Source: Marsupella aquatica (lineage: Eukaryota; Plantae; Marchantiophyta). From it: DNA of 64,000 nucleotides. The stretch lies in NCBI GenBank assembly GCA_973895155.1, contig OZ316894.1, positions 13,246,828 to 13,310,827 of the forward strand, read 5' to 3'. The stretch's first letter is position 1. The number at the start of each line of letters is the position of its first letter. The position numbers and the translations under genes were made by a program. The notes under the pieces were generated by a model. That model was not told where the DNA came from. It ran no database searches and was given only the letters and a program-made list of their open reading frames with translations. This document shows positions 11,509 to 23,900 of this stretch, in pieces.

Positions 11509-12901
11509 TGTCGGGGGAATCTTTAGTTCTTGGGAAGCACCGAGCTCTTGTTTTTCCTATCTTGGAAGAAACCTTTCCAAAATACGTCTTTTCTCACCTC
11601 ACATTACCCTTGCGATTCCCTTTGTCGATCAATTTCTCTCACCGTTATCCTCTAAAATATCTCTCACAGCCTTTGTCTCACTCTACGATGAGCGGCTTCC
11701 TCACACTAAGCCTCGAATCGGCCTATCCTCTTTCCACATAACTTACTTCCCAAGTCAAGTCATAGATTGCAATTTCCAACGAATCCTACAATTAGATAAG
11801 TCAATTATAGAAAACAAAGACTATGATCTTAAGATTTACCATAGATGATATAATCACAGGCTCTGGCATCCTAAGCATAACATTGTATCTTTAATCTCCA
11901 TATTTTCTAACTAAAACATCTCTACAATCAACCTTCTTACGGCATACCACTCTAATGTCAATAGATGAAGGAAAATCAGACACATTATTAGGAGGCCTAT
12001 TCAAATCTAACTCCGGTACATTTATGGATTGTCTATTAAAATCCATCTAATATAAAATAAAAATAGTTACATTCCATTCATTTCCATAAACAACAATCGG
12101 GTATACAAATGGTGCATCGCTATTCATAACTGTTTCCATTAACTCAAACCCAAAATGATAAAAAAAATGCATTCTCATGGTATGCTTGCTAAGACAATGA
12201 ATTCTAATTAAGAAAGGATTGACAAATGACACAGCAGGTGGGGGATAAACTCTAGGTACTCCATTTATCATATTATTCATTACAAGCACACTAAATTGAT
12301 CTCAAGACTAATAAACATAAAACATAAAATAGTTCTAAGGCTAACAATCAAGTTAGTACCCAAGCATGGAGGTAAATAATAAACAAGACACGTGCACAAG
12401 AGAGGAAGAGTTCCTTACAATATTGCGAGTCCAACACAATAGATCAAACAAATGCGAATGAGGAGAGTGTGCTCCTCTTCACTTTATTTATAGTGCCCCT
12501 TTGTGTTTTCCAAGAGGGCATGGATCGATGCCTTGACCCTTGGATGGAAGCCAAGTGGCAAGCATCAAGCACCTATAAGTGTGCTAGTACTATTCATGGT
12601 TGGTGGAACTACCGTGCGTAGTTGGTGGAATTATTACGCGTAATTGGTGAAACTACTATGCGTAATTGGTGCAACTACTATGCGTAGTTGGTGGAATTAC
12701 TATGCATCTAGTTTGTAAAACTACTATGCGTAAATGGTGGAACTACTGTGCATGTACCATTGTAAAATGTACATACTACATATAGAATGTAACATATATG
12801 CTCTAATAGTACTACTAAGAAGCTTTTAAGTAAAACTCTCTTCACATAAACTCAAATAACATAATATGGATTCTTGCTTTCTAAAAGGAATCCCCACGAC
12901 A
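11509..12901 (-). repeat. 5' LTR of element C (1393 bp)
   Basis: TGTCG...CGACA termini; direct repeat of 4185-5665, shorter by four 22-bp units. Confidence 0.95.
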
Positions 12902-14920
12902 ACGCGCGTCAACATACTCGGCTGCGGGGAAGGAGTATGTCCCTCACGGAAGAATGGCTCAGGATGATCTTTGGGTTACCCGAAGGTGACCATCGAGTCG
13001 AATCACGGGCTCCCGGGGGCAAGGGAGCCAAGTACCAATCTTCAAGTTTTCCCTCAGAGGGAGCAGTGGACAACGGGTTTGTGATGAAGACCTGCCTCAT
13101 CCCCGAGATAGCTGAGCGACTGGAGTTCCAGAGGTACACCCTCCACATGATGGAACCCCGGGGGGAGATCTCTGCCGCCCAGGTTATCCAGGTCGAGAAC
13201 TATCGACCTAGGAGGTGGGCGTCGTACTTCGCTAAGAAATTCCATGAAGAGATGGAGCGGCGAAGGAAGACGCTGTACATTGGCGGGAAGGCGTATTTCG
13301 CTAGCCACATCGAGATCATTCTTGAGTGGTATGCCCGATTTGATCGACAAACCCTTCCCCGTGTCAACGTTACAAAGCTGGTCCCAGCTAGGTGGGTTTT
13401 CTCGGCCTTGGAGAGACGGCCCCAACCCGAGGCCCGAAGTCCGGCGGACACGCCAGCTTCACCCACCCCACCTCCACAAGTAGCTGTAGTCGTAACCGAG
13501 GAGGTACCGGATGGGTCGGGTGTCGCAACCGTTGATGCGACCCAACAGGCCGGGCTAAGTACAGAAGTCGGTATGGCGGAGGTCTTACCCGAGCTCGGTT
13601 CTCCCAAAGACCCACCGGTGGCTATTCCGGAGAACCGGACATTGCTACAGGAGGACACTCCAGCCCCTTCCAACATTACGTCCCCAGGGCTGGATGTCAC
13701 TGCCCCGGCCCCCGCGCATGTTGACGTCTGCCCGTGCCCAACTCCGGATAGGCACAACCTGGACCACCCGGAACTCTTCGTACCGGGTACATTTCTGAAC
13801 GGGCTTCTGGGAGATTTCTCTCATCAGATTGCCCGGGATACCGGGGAGTTCATGGCCCGGAAGGTAGCCTGTTTCTTCAATCAGGAGTTGGTTGCCGCAG
13901 TAAAGGTAGGACGGGCCCAGTCAGAGGCCCTTCAGAGGATAGAGCGGTACCGGGTGGAGTCCGTGTACCTAAAGAACGAAGTTGTGGCTCAAGAGGCTGA
14001 GCTTCGGCAACTACGACCCAAGATTGCAGCCGCCGATGAGTTGTTAGCAAAGGCGCACGCTCTTACCACCCTAGCCGAACAGGCCAAAGCTGGGAACGAG
14101 GCCGAGATTACACGACTCCGGAACCAGATTGACAGTTTGAAGAATCAAACTGTCACCTGGCAGAAAGACCTGGAGGAGGCCGAGGAACGGGCCCAACGGG
14201 ACACGGCGGAGATAGCCATGCTGCAGGCCGAGGTGGCGCGGCTCCAAACCGAGGCCGAGAAGCAGGACCAGCTGGCGGGTAAACTGACAAGTGATGCCCA
14301 GCAGTTGGAGGAGGCTTGTCAGGAGGCAACAGAGGAGACGGACGCGGCGAGGCGAGAGAACGAATCTCTGCTGGACCAAGTCCAGCTCCTCAAGGCGGAC
14401 AATGACAAGCTTCGAAGGCAGCGGGATGGCCGCTCCCATTCAGGCGGCTCTGGCAAGCGTGCCAGGCATTAGCGGTGGAGTAGGAATAGATTAGGATTAG
14501 GACTAGCTTAGTCAGGCTCTTGGGACAGGCACCTGCCTTCGGTACAACATTGCTGCCATGCTGTGACGCCGCCGGTATGGCGGTTAATGAGTGATTCGGT
14601 CTAACTGCGCTTGGCACGCGCGTTAGGAGTATCTTAGACCGCTATTATTAGTATAACGACAGTATTTAGGTAATCATTATGGGTAGGATATCATTAGGCA
14701 ATAAGGGGGAATTCAGGTTCGGACTGGCGGTTGGTCGCTATTCGCACACCCGGGTTACGAGCGTGGAGGGGCCCCTCCCTCGGGTCCGTATAACAAACTT
14801 AAGGAAGCGGCCACTGAGACGTGCTGACTCAGACTGGCGGAGTGGCCGGCACACCACAAGCGTGAGCGGTTCAGCCTATGGGCGTCGAGGAGACGTCGTG
14901 GGATCGACAAGCCCTCAAGG

Positions 14921-14927
14921 TATAAAA
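14921..14927 (+). promoter_or_regulatory. TATA box upstream of the LTR-encoded ORF
   Basis: TATAAAA(GG) about 108 nt before the ATG, conserved in the copies at 3007 and 47432. Confidence 0.65.
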
Positions 14928-15028
14928 GGGGAGCCAACCCTTTGTAGTGCACCAGTCCATCAATCCACGCGCCAGCTTCGACCCCAGCTCTGTCGTTCGC
15001 TCTAAGTCGCCACTACTATCTCCTCTGA

Positions 15029-17665
15029 ATGTCGCACACGATCCTCTCCAGCCCGGCCATTCGATTCTGGACGCAGTTCCTATCTACCGGAAGGCACTTG
15101 GCCGACTCATTGAAACACGCCAACCCGCGCCGATAGGAAATCGAACGTGAGTACGAGAGAGCCATCCGCCTAGCAGGACGACACCACTACATCCTTAACT
15201 TTGACTACCCGTCTCAGAGCGAGCTTTACCAACCTGCAGAGGTATCCGGGTACTTCTTCAACGGAGACAAATATATCGGGTTCTGGGAAGCATTGCTTCG
15301 GCTTCCGGACGAGGTCTTCAATATCCCGGGTACGATCGACTTGCAGCGACATCACTTCGACCACATCCCTGCTCAGGTTCGGGCTATCATCAACAGCGAG
15401 TCCAGCACTACCCGTTCGACAAGGTCGTCTGCACTCGCTTCGGAGAACTTCTACCAACACCTACAGAGTTTCATAGGAACTCGGCCAGCAACCAACATGA
15501 CCAACTCAATCGTACCCGTACCCGTACCCATACAACCTCAGGCTCAGCTTCAGCTTCAGCCTCAGCCGCAGCCTAGCCAAACCCCACCACCGATCGCCCA
15601 GCCAGCACAAGTACGCTCCATCATCAATGCTGTGGATATTAGCGATGACGACGAGGCTACTCTACCCTTGACCAGGCGGCCAAGAGGAGCAAGCGCTCAG
15701 GGGGCCGACACTATATCGTCCCCACCCCCTGCTCTGACCCCAGGAGCGGCCCCGACAGACAACATGGTGACCGTGGCCGACCCGGGCCCGTTACTAACGG
15801 CAGTGGCACTACCCAGGCCCGGTCGGGAGGATGGGGAGGTATCACCTTCCCCGAGCCAGTCACGGGGGAAGAAGAGGAAGGAATCCGCCACTGCATCCGG
15901 GTTACCGTTGCCCACGGTAGCCGTGGCCAAGGTGACGATGCACCGCATGGGGGAAAACGTTCACAAAAACATCCTCCATCCCAAGCATGCGGTGTACCTG
16001 AAGACTCAGGGATTCAAGCACCTCGCCTCCCTCCCCTGGAACACTTGCAGGTACTACGAGGAGGACATGACGGAGTTCGTGAGGAATTATGACGACGCGC
16101 GTCAACATACTCGGCTGCGGGGAAGGAGTATGTCCCTCATGGAAGAACGGCTTAGGATGATCTTCGGGTTACCCGAAGGTGACCATCGAGTCGAATCACG
16201 GGCTCCCGGGGGCAAGGGAGCCAAGTACCAATCTTCAAGTTTTCCCTCAGAGGGAGCAGTGGACAACGGGTTCGTGATGAAGACCTGCCTCATCCCCGAG
16301 ATAGCTGAGCGACTGGAGTTCCAGAGGTACGCCCTCCACATGATGGAACCCCGGGGGGAGATCTCCGCCGCCCAGGTTATCCAGGTCGAGAACTATCGAC
16401 CTAGGAGGTGGGCGTCGTACTTTGCTAAGAAATTCCATGAAGAGATGGAGCGGCGAAGGAAGACGCTGTACATTGGCGGGAAGGCGTATTTCGCTAGCCA
16501 CATCGAGATCATTCTTGAGTGGTACGCCCGGTTTGATCGACAAACCCTTCCCCGTGTCAACGTTACAAAGCTGGTCCCAGCTAGGTGGGTTTTCCCGGCC
16601 TTGGAGAGGCGGCCCCAACCCGAGGCCCGAAGTCCGGCGGACACGCCAGTTTCACCCACCCCACCTCCACAAGTAGCTGTAGTCGTAACCGAGGAGGTAC
16701 CGGATGGGTCGGGTGTCGCAACCGTTGATGCGACCCAACAGGCCGGGCTAAGTACAGAAGTCAGTACGGCGGAGGTCTTACCCAAACCCGGTTCTCCCAA
16801 AGACCCACCGGTGGCTATCCCGGAGAACCGGACATTGCTACAGGAGGACGCTCCAGCCCCTTCCAATGTTACGTCCCCAGGGCTGGACGTCACTGCCCCG
16901 GCCCCCGCGCGTGTTGACGTCTGCCCGTGCCCAACTCCGGACAGGCACAACTTGGACCACCCGGAACTTTTCGTACCGGGTACATTTCTGAACGGGCTTC
17001 TGGGAGATTTCTCTCATCAGATTGCCCGGGATACCGGGGAGTTCATGGCCCGGAAGGTAGCCTGTTTCTTCAATCAGGAGTTGGTTGCCGCAGTAAAGGT
17101 AGGACGGGCCCAGTCAGAGGCCCTTCAGAGGATAGAGCGGTACCGGGTGGAGTCCGTGTACCTAAAGAACGAAGTTGCGGCTCAAGAGGCTGAGCTTCAG
17201 CAACTACGATCCAAGGTTGCAGCCGCCGATGAGTTGTTAGCAAAGGCGCACGCTCTTACCGCCCTAGCCGAACAGGCCAAAGCTGGGAACGAGGCCGAGA
17301 TTACACGACTCCGGAACCAGATTGACAGTTTGAAGAATCAAACTGTCACCTGGCAGAAAGACCTGGAGGAGGCCGAGGAACGGGCCCAACGGGACACGGC
17401 GGAGATAGCCACGCTGCAGGCCGAGGTGGCGCGGCTCCAAACCAAGGCCGAGAAGCAGGACCAGCTGGCGGGTAAACTGACAAGTGACGCCCAGCAGTTG
17501 GAGGAGGCTTGTCAGGAGGCAGGAGAGGAGACGAACGCGGCGAGGCGAGAGAACAAATCTCTGCTGGACCAGATCCAGCTCCTCAAGGCGGAAAATGACA
17601 GGCTTCGAAGGCAGCGGGATGGCCGCTCCCATTCAGGCGGCTCTGGCAAGCGTGCCAGGCATTAG
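15029..17665 (+). CDS. LTR-encoded ~878-aa protein: N-terminal domain, Pro/Gln-rich linker, conserved central domain, C-terminal coiled coil, basic KRARH tail; one in-frame TAG at 15134
   Basis: The 790-aa ORF 15293-17665 extends in frame to ATG 15029. TAG at codon 36 is TAC (Tyr) in the other copies. The central segment EFVRNYDD..RLRGRSMSL..LRMIFGLPEG resembles plant gypsy accessory-ORF domains by eye. Confidence 0.85.
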
Positions 17666-17879
17666 CGGCGGAGTAGGAATAGATTAGGATTAGGACTAGC
17701 TTAGTCAGGTTCTTGGGACAGGCACCTGCCTTCGGTACAGCATTGCTGCCATGCTGTCCAGCCTGCGTAGATTAGGATCTTCTAATAAGACACAGCCATT
17801 TCCGGCCTGACTGTCAGCTTAGTTATGACCTTAGTCAGTGAATCTTCGGTGAGAGGACACCCCGTCCCTCGTCCCTTAG

Positions 17880-17886
17880 TATTTAG
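17880..17886 (+). promoter_or_regulatory. putative main LTR TATA-like box (TATTTAG), downstream of the LTR ORF
   Basis: Precedes the conserved CCCC(T)CGGTAGAGGCA-GGGGG block. The related ORF-less LTR has GTATATAG at the equivalent position (minus strand, near 56007-56014). Confidence 0.5.
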
Positions 17887-19371
17887 TGCACCCCTCGGTA
17901 GAGGCAAGGGGGGGTTTTTAGTTGCAGAGTTGGGCGTCCGCGGTAGATGCGGGGAGTCCCGACCTCTGGGAATGAAAGAGTACCAAGGGGAGGGGGTAGG
18001 ACTAAGCTCGCCGGGCGAGTGCGGAGCCGGGCTCCGTTGTAGTGTGCACCCTCGGCCTTGAACCTGTTCATTTCGGGGCTGTCGGGTCAACTAAGTGTAC
18101 GCGTATGTTCCCTTTGTAGTAAAATCCTTTCCCATCATTTTCCTTCGTGTAAATCGAGATTGTATGCATGTGCGCGTGTATGTGTGTGGGTTTCTCGTAT
18201 ATGGGTGGCAGCGCCAGGCCAAACGCACTACCTGAGACATGCACAGGGTGCAGCCTACGGGTAAGTGGTTGCGAGCACGGGTTGAGGACCTGTATCATCG
18301 AATCCGGATCGAAGGCGGATAGCACGAAGGCTTAGAAGCCCTTAAGCCGGGGTCGATCCTGCTATCAACTAAGGTACGTTCCGACAGCGGAACACAAACC
18401 ATACCTAGGAGGTGTCCGTATTTAGCAGTATGCGCACTTAGCGCTAGTTTACGAGAGTAAGGTGCATTACGTGCTTCCCTTCCTGCCCGAACCCTCAGAT
18501 TTACGAGGGATGTGCCCGTCTAAGCTGAAATCTGAGTTAAGGCCGCAGCCGATGACGTGACACATGCTGTCCAGCCTGCGTAGATTAGGATCTTCTAATA
18601 AGACACAGCCGTTTCCGGCCTGACTGTCAGCTTAGTTAAGACCTTAGTCAATGAATCTTCGGCGAGAGGACACCCCGTCCCTCGGCCCTTAGTATTTAGT
18701 GCACCCCTCGGTAGAGGGGGGGGGTTTTAGTTGCAGAGTTGGGCGTCCGCGGTATGTGTGGGGAGTCCCGACCTCTGGGAATGAAAGAGTACCAAGGGGA
18801 GGGGGTAGGACTAAGCTCGTCGGGCGAGTGCGGAGCCGGGCTCCGTTGTAGTGTGCACCCTCGGCCTTGAACCTGTTCATTCCGGGGCTGTCGGGTCAAC
18901 TAAGTGTACGCATATGTTCCCTTTGTAGTAAAATCCTTTCCCATCATTTTCCTTTGTGTAAATCGAGATTGTATGCATGTGCACGTGTATGTGTGTGGGT
19001 TTCTCGTATATGGGTGGCAGTGCCAGGCCGAACGCACTACCCGAGACGTGCACAGGGTGCAGCCTGTGGGTAAGTGGTTGCGAGCACGGGTTGAGGACCT
19101 GTATCATCAAATCCGGATCGAAGGCGGATAGCACGAAGGCTTAGAAGCCCTTAAGCCGGGGTCGATCCTGCTATCGACTAAGGTAAGTTCCGGCGGCGGA
19201 ACACAAACCATACCTAGGAGGTGTCCGTATTTAGCAGTATGTGCACTTAGCGCTAGTTTACGAGAATAAGGTGCATTACGTGCTTCCCTTCCTGCCCGAA
19301 CCCTCAGATTTACGAGGGATGTGCCCGTCTAAGCTGAAGTCTGAGTTAAGGCCGCAGCCGATGACATGACA

Positions 19372-20952
19372 AGAAGCCCACTTCCTAGGCCGGTAGTCTT
19401 GGGCAACGGATATCTTGCCCCTTGGCTCCATCAATTGGAGGGCGTACCTCTGGAACTCCAGCCACTCCGCTATCTTCAGGATAAGGCATGTCCTCATCAA
19501 GAATCCATTGTCCACTCCTTCTTTGGCCGGGAAGCTAGAGGATTGATACTTGGCTCCCTTGCCCTCGGGAGCCCGTGATTCCACCCGATTTACTCCTTCG
19601 GGTAGGCCAAAGAACATCTTGGGCCGTGCCTTGCTGAGGGACATCACTCTTCCATGCGCACGGGTTTGTTGGCGGGCCTCATCAAAGTTCTGGATGAACT
19701 TCGTCATATCCTGCCCATAGTACCTGCTAGCATTCCAAGGGAGAGAGGCGAGGTGCTCAAACCCTTGGGTCTTTAGGTAGCATGCATGCTTGGGGTGGAG
19801 AATGTTCTTGTGAACATTCTCCCCCATGCAATGCATGGTCAGCTTGGCCACCAATACTGTGGCCAAAGGCAGCCCGAATACAGCCGCGGGTTCCTTTCTC
19901 TTCCTACCCTGAGACTGGTTCTCGGGGTGCCTTGTAGAGGGGGACATCTCCCCGTCCTCTCTATCGGGCGGCAGCAGCGCTACCACCGTAAGTACTGGTG
20001 CTGGGGCCGCCACTGTCACCGTGTCGTCTACCAGAGCTGTCACTCAAGTCCAGGCTTGTGCGGGTGGTGACGTGTTGCCTGGCTCGTGTGTGCTTGCCCC
20101 TTGAGGTCGCCGGTGCAGGGGAGGGTGAGCCTCTTTGTCCTTGGAACTAATGTTCACCATGTTCACCACGGATCGTACCCGGAGGGGTGGTGCAACCGGT
20201 GGTGGAGATCGGCTTGGCTAAGGCCAAGGTGGTGTTGATGAGGGCACCAATGAATTGGCAACGGTTGTAGCTGGACGAGGCGCCATAAGATTCATCAAGT
20301 CTGAGGGGAAGCCAAATAAGGTCAGGAAGGATGTCTCACCCGTATTTGCATTACCAAACTAATAGTCTATGGAAGCCTGAACTTTGGCGGGGATATGGTC
20401 AAAGTGGTGTTGCTGCAAGTCTATTGTGCCCGGGAGTGTGAAGACCTTGTCCGGAAGCCAAAGGAGCGCTTCCTGGAAGCCGACATAGTTTGGACCATTG
20501 AAGAAGTATTTGCAGATCTTGTCGGCTTGACAAAGCTTGCTCTAGAACGGGAGGTTGAAATCACCATTATAGTGAGAGCGCTCGGCTAGGCGGATGATTC
20601 GTTTGTATTGCCTTTCGGTTTTGTACCGGCGCGGGTTGACTTTGGCCAACGACTTCGCTAAATGATTTCCGATGGATAGAAATTGAAGCCAAAATTGAAG
20701 GGCCAAACTAGACATAATCGTGACAGACGGACCCGGGGGGCATCTTACACGCTTATAATCCGGTGGTACGAATGGCACTCCGCCGCCAGCCCGAGCGTAA
20801 ATGCTCCTTATTGACTAATGATGTCCTAGTCGTGATTACTACCTACTTTAGTGTCGTTATGCTAATAACTATGGACTACTATGTCCATAGTGCGCGTGCT
20901 AAGCATGGATTAGACCGAATCACTCATTAACCGCCGTGCTGGCGGCGTCACA
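19372..20952 (-). repeat. 3' LTR of B (part) with the N-terminal half of the LTR ORF
   Basis: Begins TGTGACGCC at 20952 after the PPT. Encodes ..QFWLQFLSIGNHLAKS.. and ..KNILHPKHACYLKTQGFEHLASLPWN.. A deletion near 20725 removes the TATA/ATG segment seen in the 47-kb copy. Confidence 0.85.
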
Positions 20953-23900
20953 TAGCTCCCTACTTAAGTGTGAAGCATCCTCGTGAACATTGCTATTGGT
21001 GGTATGGTCTTGATGATGGTACTTCTTCACACCATCATAACAAACTCGCGTCGGAAGTAAATCACCGGTGTACATTGCAAGCTTGATGGAGGCGTTTGGG
21101 TAAATTTGATTGACAAGGAAAGGTCCTAGCCAGCAAGTATGCAACTTCTTGGGAAATTGCATGTACCTGTTATCGTACAGAAGGACCAGGTCGCCTGTTA
21201 TGATGTCAATCTTCCGTAGTCCTTTGTCGTGCTACTTCTTGGAAATTGCCTGTTGCTTCACTGCGTGTCGGGCAACTAGTACCCGGGCTTCTTCTAATGC
21301 TTCAATCTGGTAAGCTCTGCCCAAAGAACTATCGGCCTCAAATAAGCAATCCTGAATACTTGCCTGTGGGTTGTGAATTTCAAACTTGACCGGAACCAAT
21401 GAGTGTTGCCCGAACACGAGAAAGTACGGACTATGACTGGTAGTAGTCTTGTAAGCCAAATTGTATGAGTACACAATGGCGTATAATTTGTCATCCCAAT
21501 CTGTTTTGTGCGCGGCTACTGTTTTGTTGAGGATCTTCCCAATGATGCCATTCGCCCTCTCCGTTAGTTCGTTGGCTTTTGGATGGTATGGGGTGGTCTT
21601 GCGGTGCTTGACCAGGTACCGTTCCGTAAGGCGCTCTACGGTTTCATTGATGAAATGCGTTCCCCGATTGTTGACTAACTCCAAAGGTGGCCCAAAGCGA
21701 GTTAAGATTTGCTCATACAAGAACCTGGCGCTGGTAGCGGCATCATCCTTCACCATAGCCCGAGCTTCCACCCATTTGGTGGAGTGGTCTATGGCTAGTA
21801 GGATGTACCTACACCTGCGTCTTTGGGTAACCAGAGTGAAGGGCCCAATGTAATCAATGGCCCACTTCTCAAATGGTGCTAGTGGAAGTACGGAGGTGAG
21901 TGGGTGATTGTGGGCTTTCCTTGGGGCGCCAGCCCGTTGACATAAATCGCACCCTTTATTAAAGCGTTGCACATCCCGATGTAACGTAGGCCACCAATAC
22001 CCCAAATCCAAGATCTTACGAGCAGTAGTGATGGCCGCAAAATGGCCTCCAGCTTCCTCTTTGTGTCCGGCTCGCATAACGATGAGCATTTCCTTGTATT
22101 CTAGGCAGCGCCGTAGCTTCCCATTAACTCCCTCTTTGTGTAAGTGGCCTTGTATCATCACATACGGTCCAGCCTTACGTAAGAACACGGCGGCGGCCTC
22201 CTGATTGATTCCATCGGGGATGCAGCCCGTTAGGAGGAAGGTAATAAGCGGTCCGTACCACGTGGGTGTACCTGCCCCTACGTGGAATAATTCCTCATCT
22301 GGAAAGGTATCGTTAATAGACTGATCTACGGGTACGCCGTCTAGTCTTGAAAAGAAATTGGTGTTGAGGTGTGCCTTCCCCGACCAAACCTGTACCTTGT
22401 AGTTAAACTCCTATAAGAGCAATACCCACCTGGCTATCCATCCCATGACATCTGCTTTGTTCACCATATACTTTAAACTATCATGATCCGTATGAAAGAT
22501 GACTTTATATCCAAGCAGGTAGTGTCAAAACTTCTTACACAAGTAGATAATGCCTAGAGCTTCTTGATCGGTGGGGGAATAATTCTTCTCGGTCATAAAT
22601 AGCTAACGGCTAGCAAAATAGATGGGGTGGTTGCAACCGTCCTTGTCCAGTTGGCTTAGTATGGACCCGATGCAAAACCCCAAAACGTTGACGTACACAT
22701 GGAATTCCTTATTCCAATCTGGGGTTACCATGATAGGTGCCGTGATGAGTCGGCGCCAAAGTTCTTCAAAAGCTATATGTCCCCGGGGTGTCTCTTCAAT
22801 CACTGCATCCTTCTTCATCATCTCCGTTAGGGGTAACGTAATTTTAGCAAAATCTTTGATGAATCGACGATAGTACCCTATGCAACCCAAGAATGACCGT
22901 ACTGCTTTGTGATCCACGGGGAATACTACCGCCATCCAGGCCACAACCTTCTCTTGGTCTACCTCGATACCCCGTTTGGACACACGATGCTCGAGTAACA
23001 CCCCTTCCTCTACTTTGAAAAAACATTTAGTCGGATGCAACTTTAAATTTACTTCTCTGCATTGTTGTAGCGTACGACGTAAATGTTTGGGGTGCATGGC
23101 GATGGTTCCAAAGATGGCAAAGTCATCAATAAATATTTCCAGGAATTCCCGTAGAAAGTCATGGAAGATATTCATCATGAGTCTCTGGAACATGGCCGGC
23201 GTTACACAGTCCAAATGGCATTCTGCAAAATGCAAACGTCCCCCACTCCATAGTGAACGTTGTTTTAAGCTGATCTGAGAGTCCGATCCAGATTCAATTG
23301 TAGCCCGAATACCCATCGAGGAATGTATAGATTTCATTACAGGCTACCATATCCAGAACCATATCCATGAATGGTAACGGGTAGTGATCCTTCCGGGTGG
23401 CGTCATTTAGTTTACGATAGTCCTGGCATATGCAAATTTTGGGCTTCCCATCCGTACCTCCCTTCTTTGGCACAATGACAATGTGAGACACCCAATCACT
23501 GGCCATTAATTACCGGGTAGATGATATCCGTGGCCAGAAGATGATCAATCTCCTCCTTCACCAAAATGGAGTACCTTGGGTTCATGCAGCGTTGCCGCCG
23601 CCGTACGGCGTGAGCTCCTAAGTTTAAATTGATCGTGTGTTCTCCCAACTCGGGGGAGACTCCAGTCAAATCATGATGGCACCATATCTTCATACTCCTT
23701 AAGCAGTGCTTGGATGGATTTTTCCGCATCCCCCTTCAGAGCATGGCCTAAGTTGAAAGACTTATCCATCCCAATGGTGTACTTCCGGTAGTGTTCCTTC
23801 CTTATGACCTCCACTTGATTACGCAAGTTAGGGTCTAGACTTGCATCTAGCTTGGCTAACCAAACCCCTCCGTACATTGGTGGCGTCAGGATTGGCTTCG

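Larger units (their letters stand above)
4185..12901 (-). mobile_element. complete Ty3/gypsy LTR retrotransposon 'C' nested in the LTR ORF of A
   Basis: Two near-identical LTRs (4185-5665, 11509-12901), 4-bp TSD ACGC (4181-4184 and 12902-12905, confirmed against the empty site GACGACGCGCGTC near 16091), PBS, PPT, and gag-PR / RT-RH-INT. Confidence 0.95.
3115..14472 (+). pseudogene. LTR-encoded ORF of element A, split by element C and carrying CGA->TGA stops
   Basis: ATG at 3115 (MSHTILSS...). The frame resumes after 12905 (..ARQHTRLRGRSMSL..) and ends GSGKRARH at 14472, nearly identical to 15029-17665. TATAAAA at 3007-3013. Confidence 0.88.
14562..18562 (+). mobile_element. solo LTR of family A (4001 bp) inserted into the 3' LTR of element A
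   Basis: Starts TGTGACG, ends CGTGACA, flanked by perfect 5-bp TSD CATGC (14557-14561, 18563-18567). Confidence 0.93.
1..19371 (+). mobile_element. Ty3/gypsy LTR retrotransposon 'A' (non-chromovirus, Athila/Tat-like pol); 5' part lies outside the window; 3' LTR carries two nested insertions
   Basis: RT-RNaseH-integrase order, then PPT (AAGCAGGGAGCTA), then an LTR starting TGTGACG at 2648 and ending CATGACA at 19371. The sequence then switches abruptly into the ORF of element B on the opposite strand. Confidence 0.92.
2648..19371 (+). repeat. 3' LTR of element A (~4 kb) in three pieces: 2648-4184, 12902-14561, 18568-19371
   Basis: Removing element C (TSD ACGC) and the solo LTR (TSD CATGC) gives a sequence colinear with the solo LTR 14562-18562. 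Confidence 0.9.

Noticed and set aside
2648-17757. Tandem duplication of an internal env-like ORF, with a 0.8-kb tandem LTR at 17750-19371
   Set aside because: The TSD CATGC, the PPT position and the ORF in B's 5' LTR show that the 4-kb unit is the LTR and the pattern is a nested solo LTR. No transmembrane segment suggesting env was seen.
19276-20043. 255-aa ORF as an intact protein
   Set aside because: Fragment of B's LTR ORF fused at 19372 to antisense U5 of element A.
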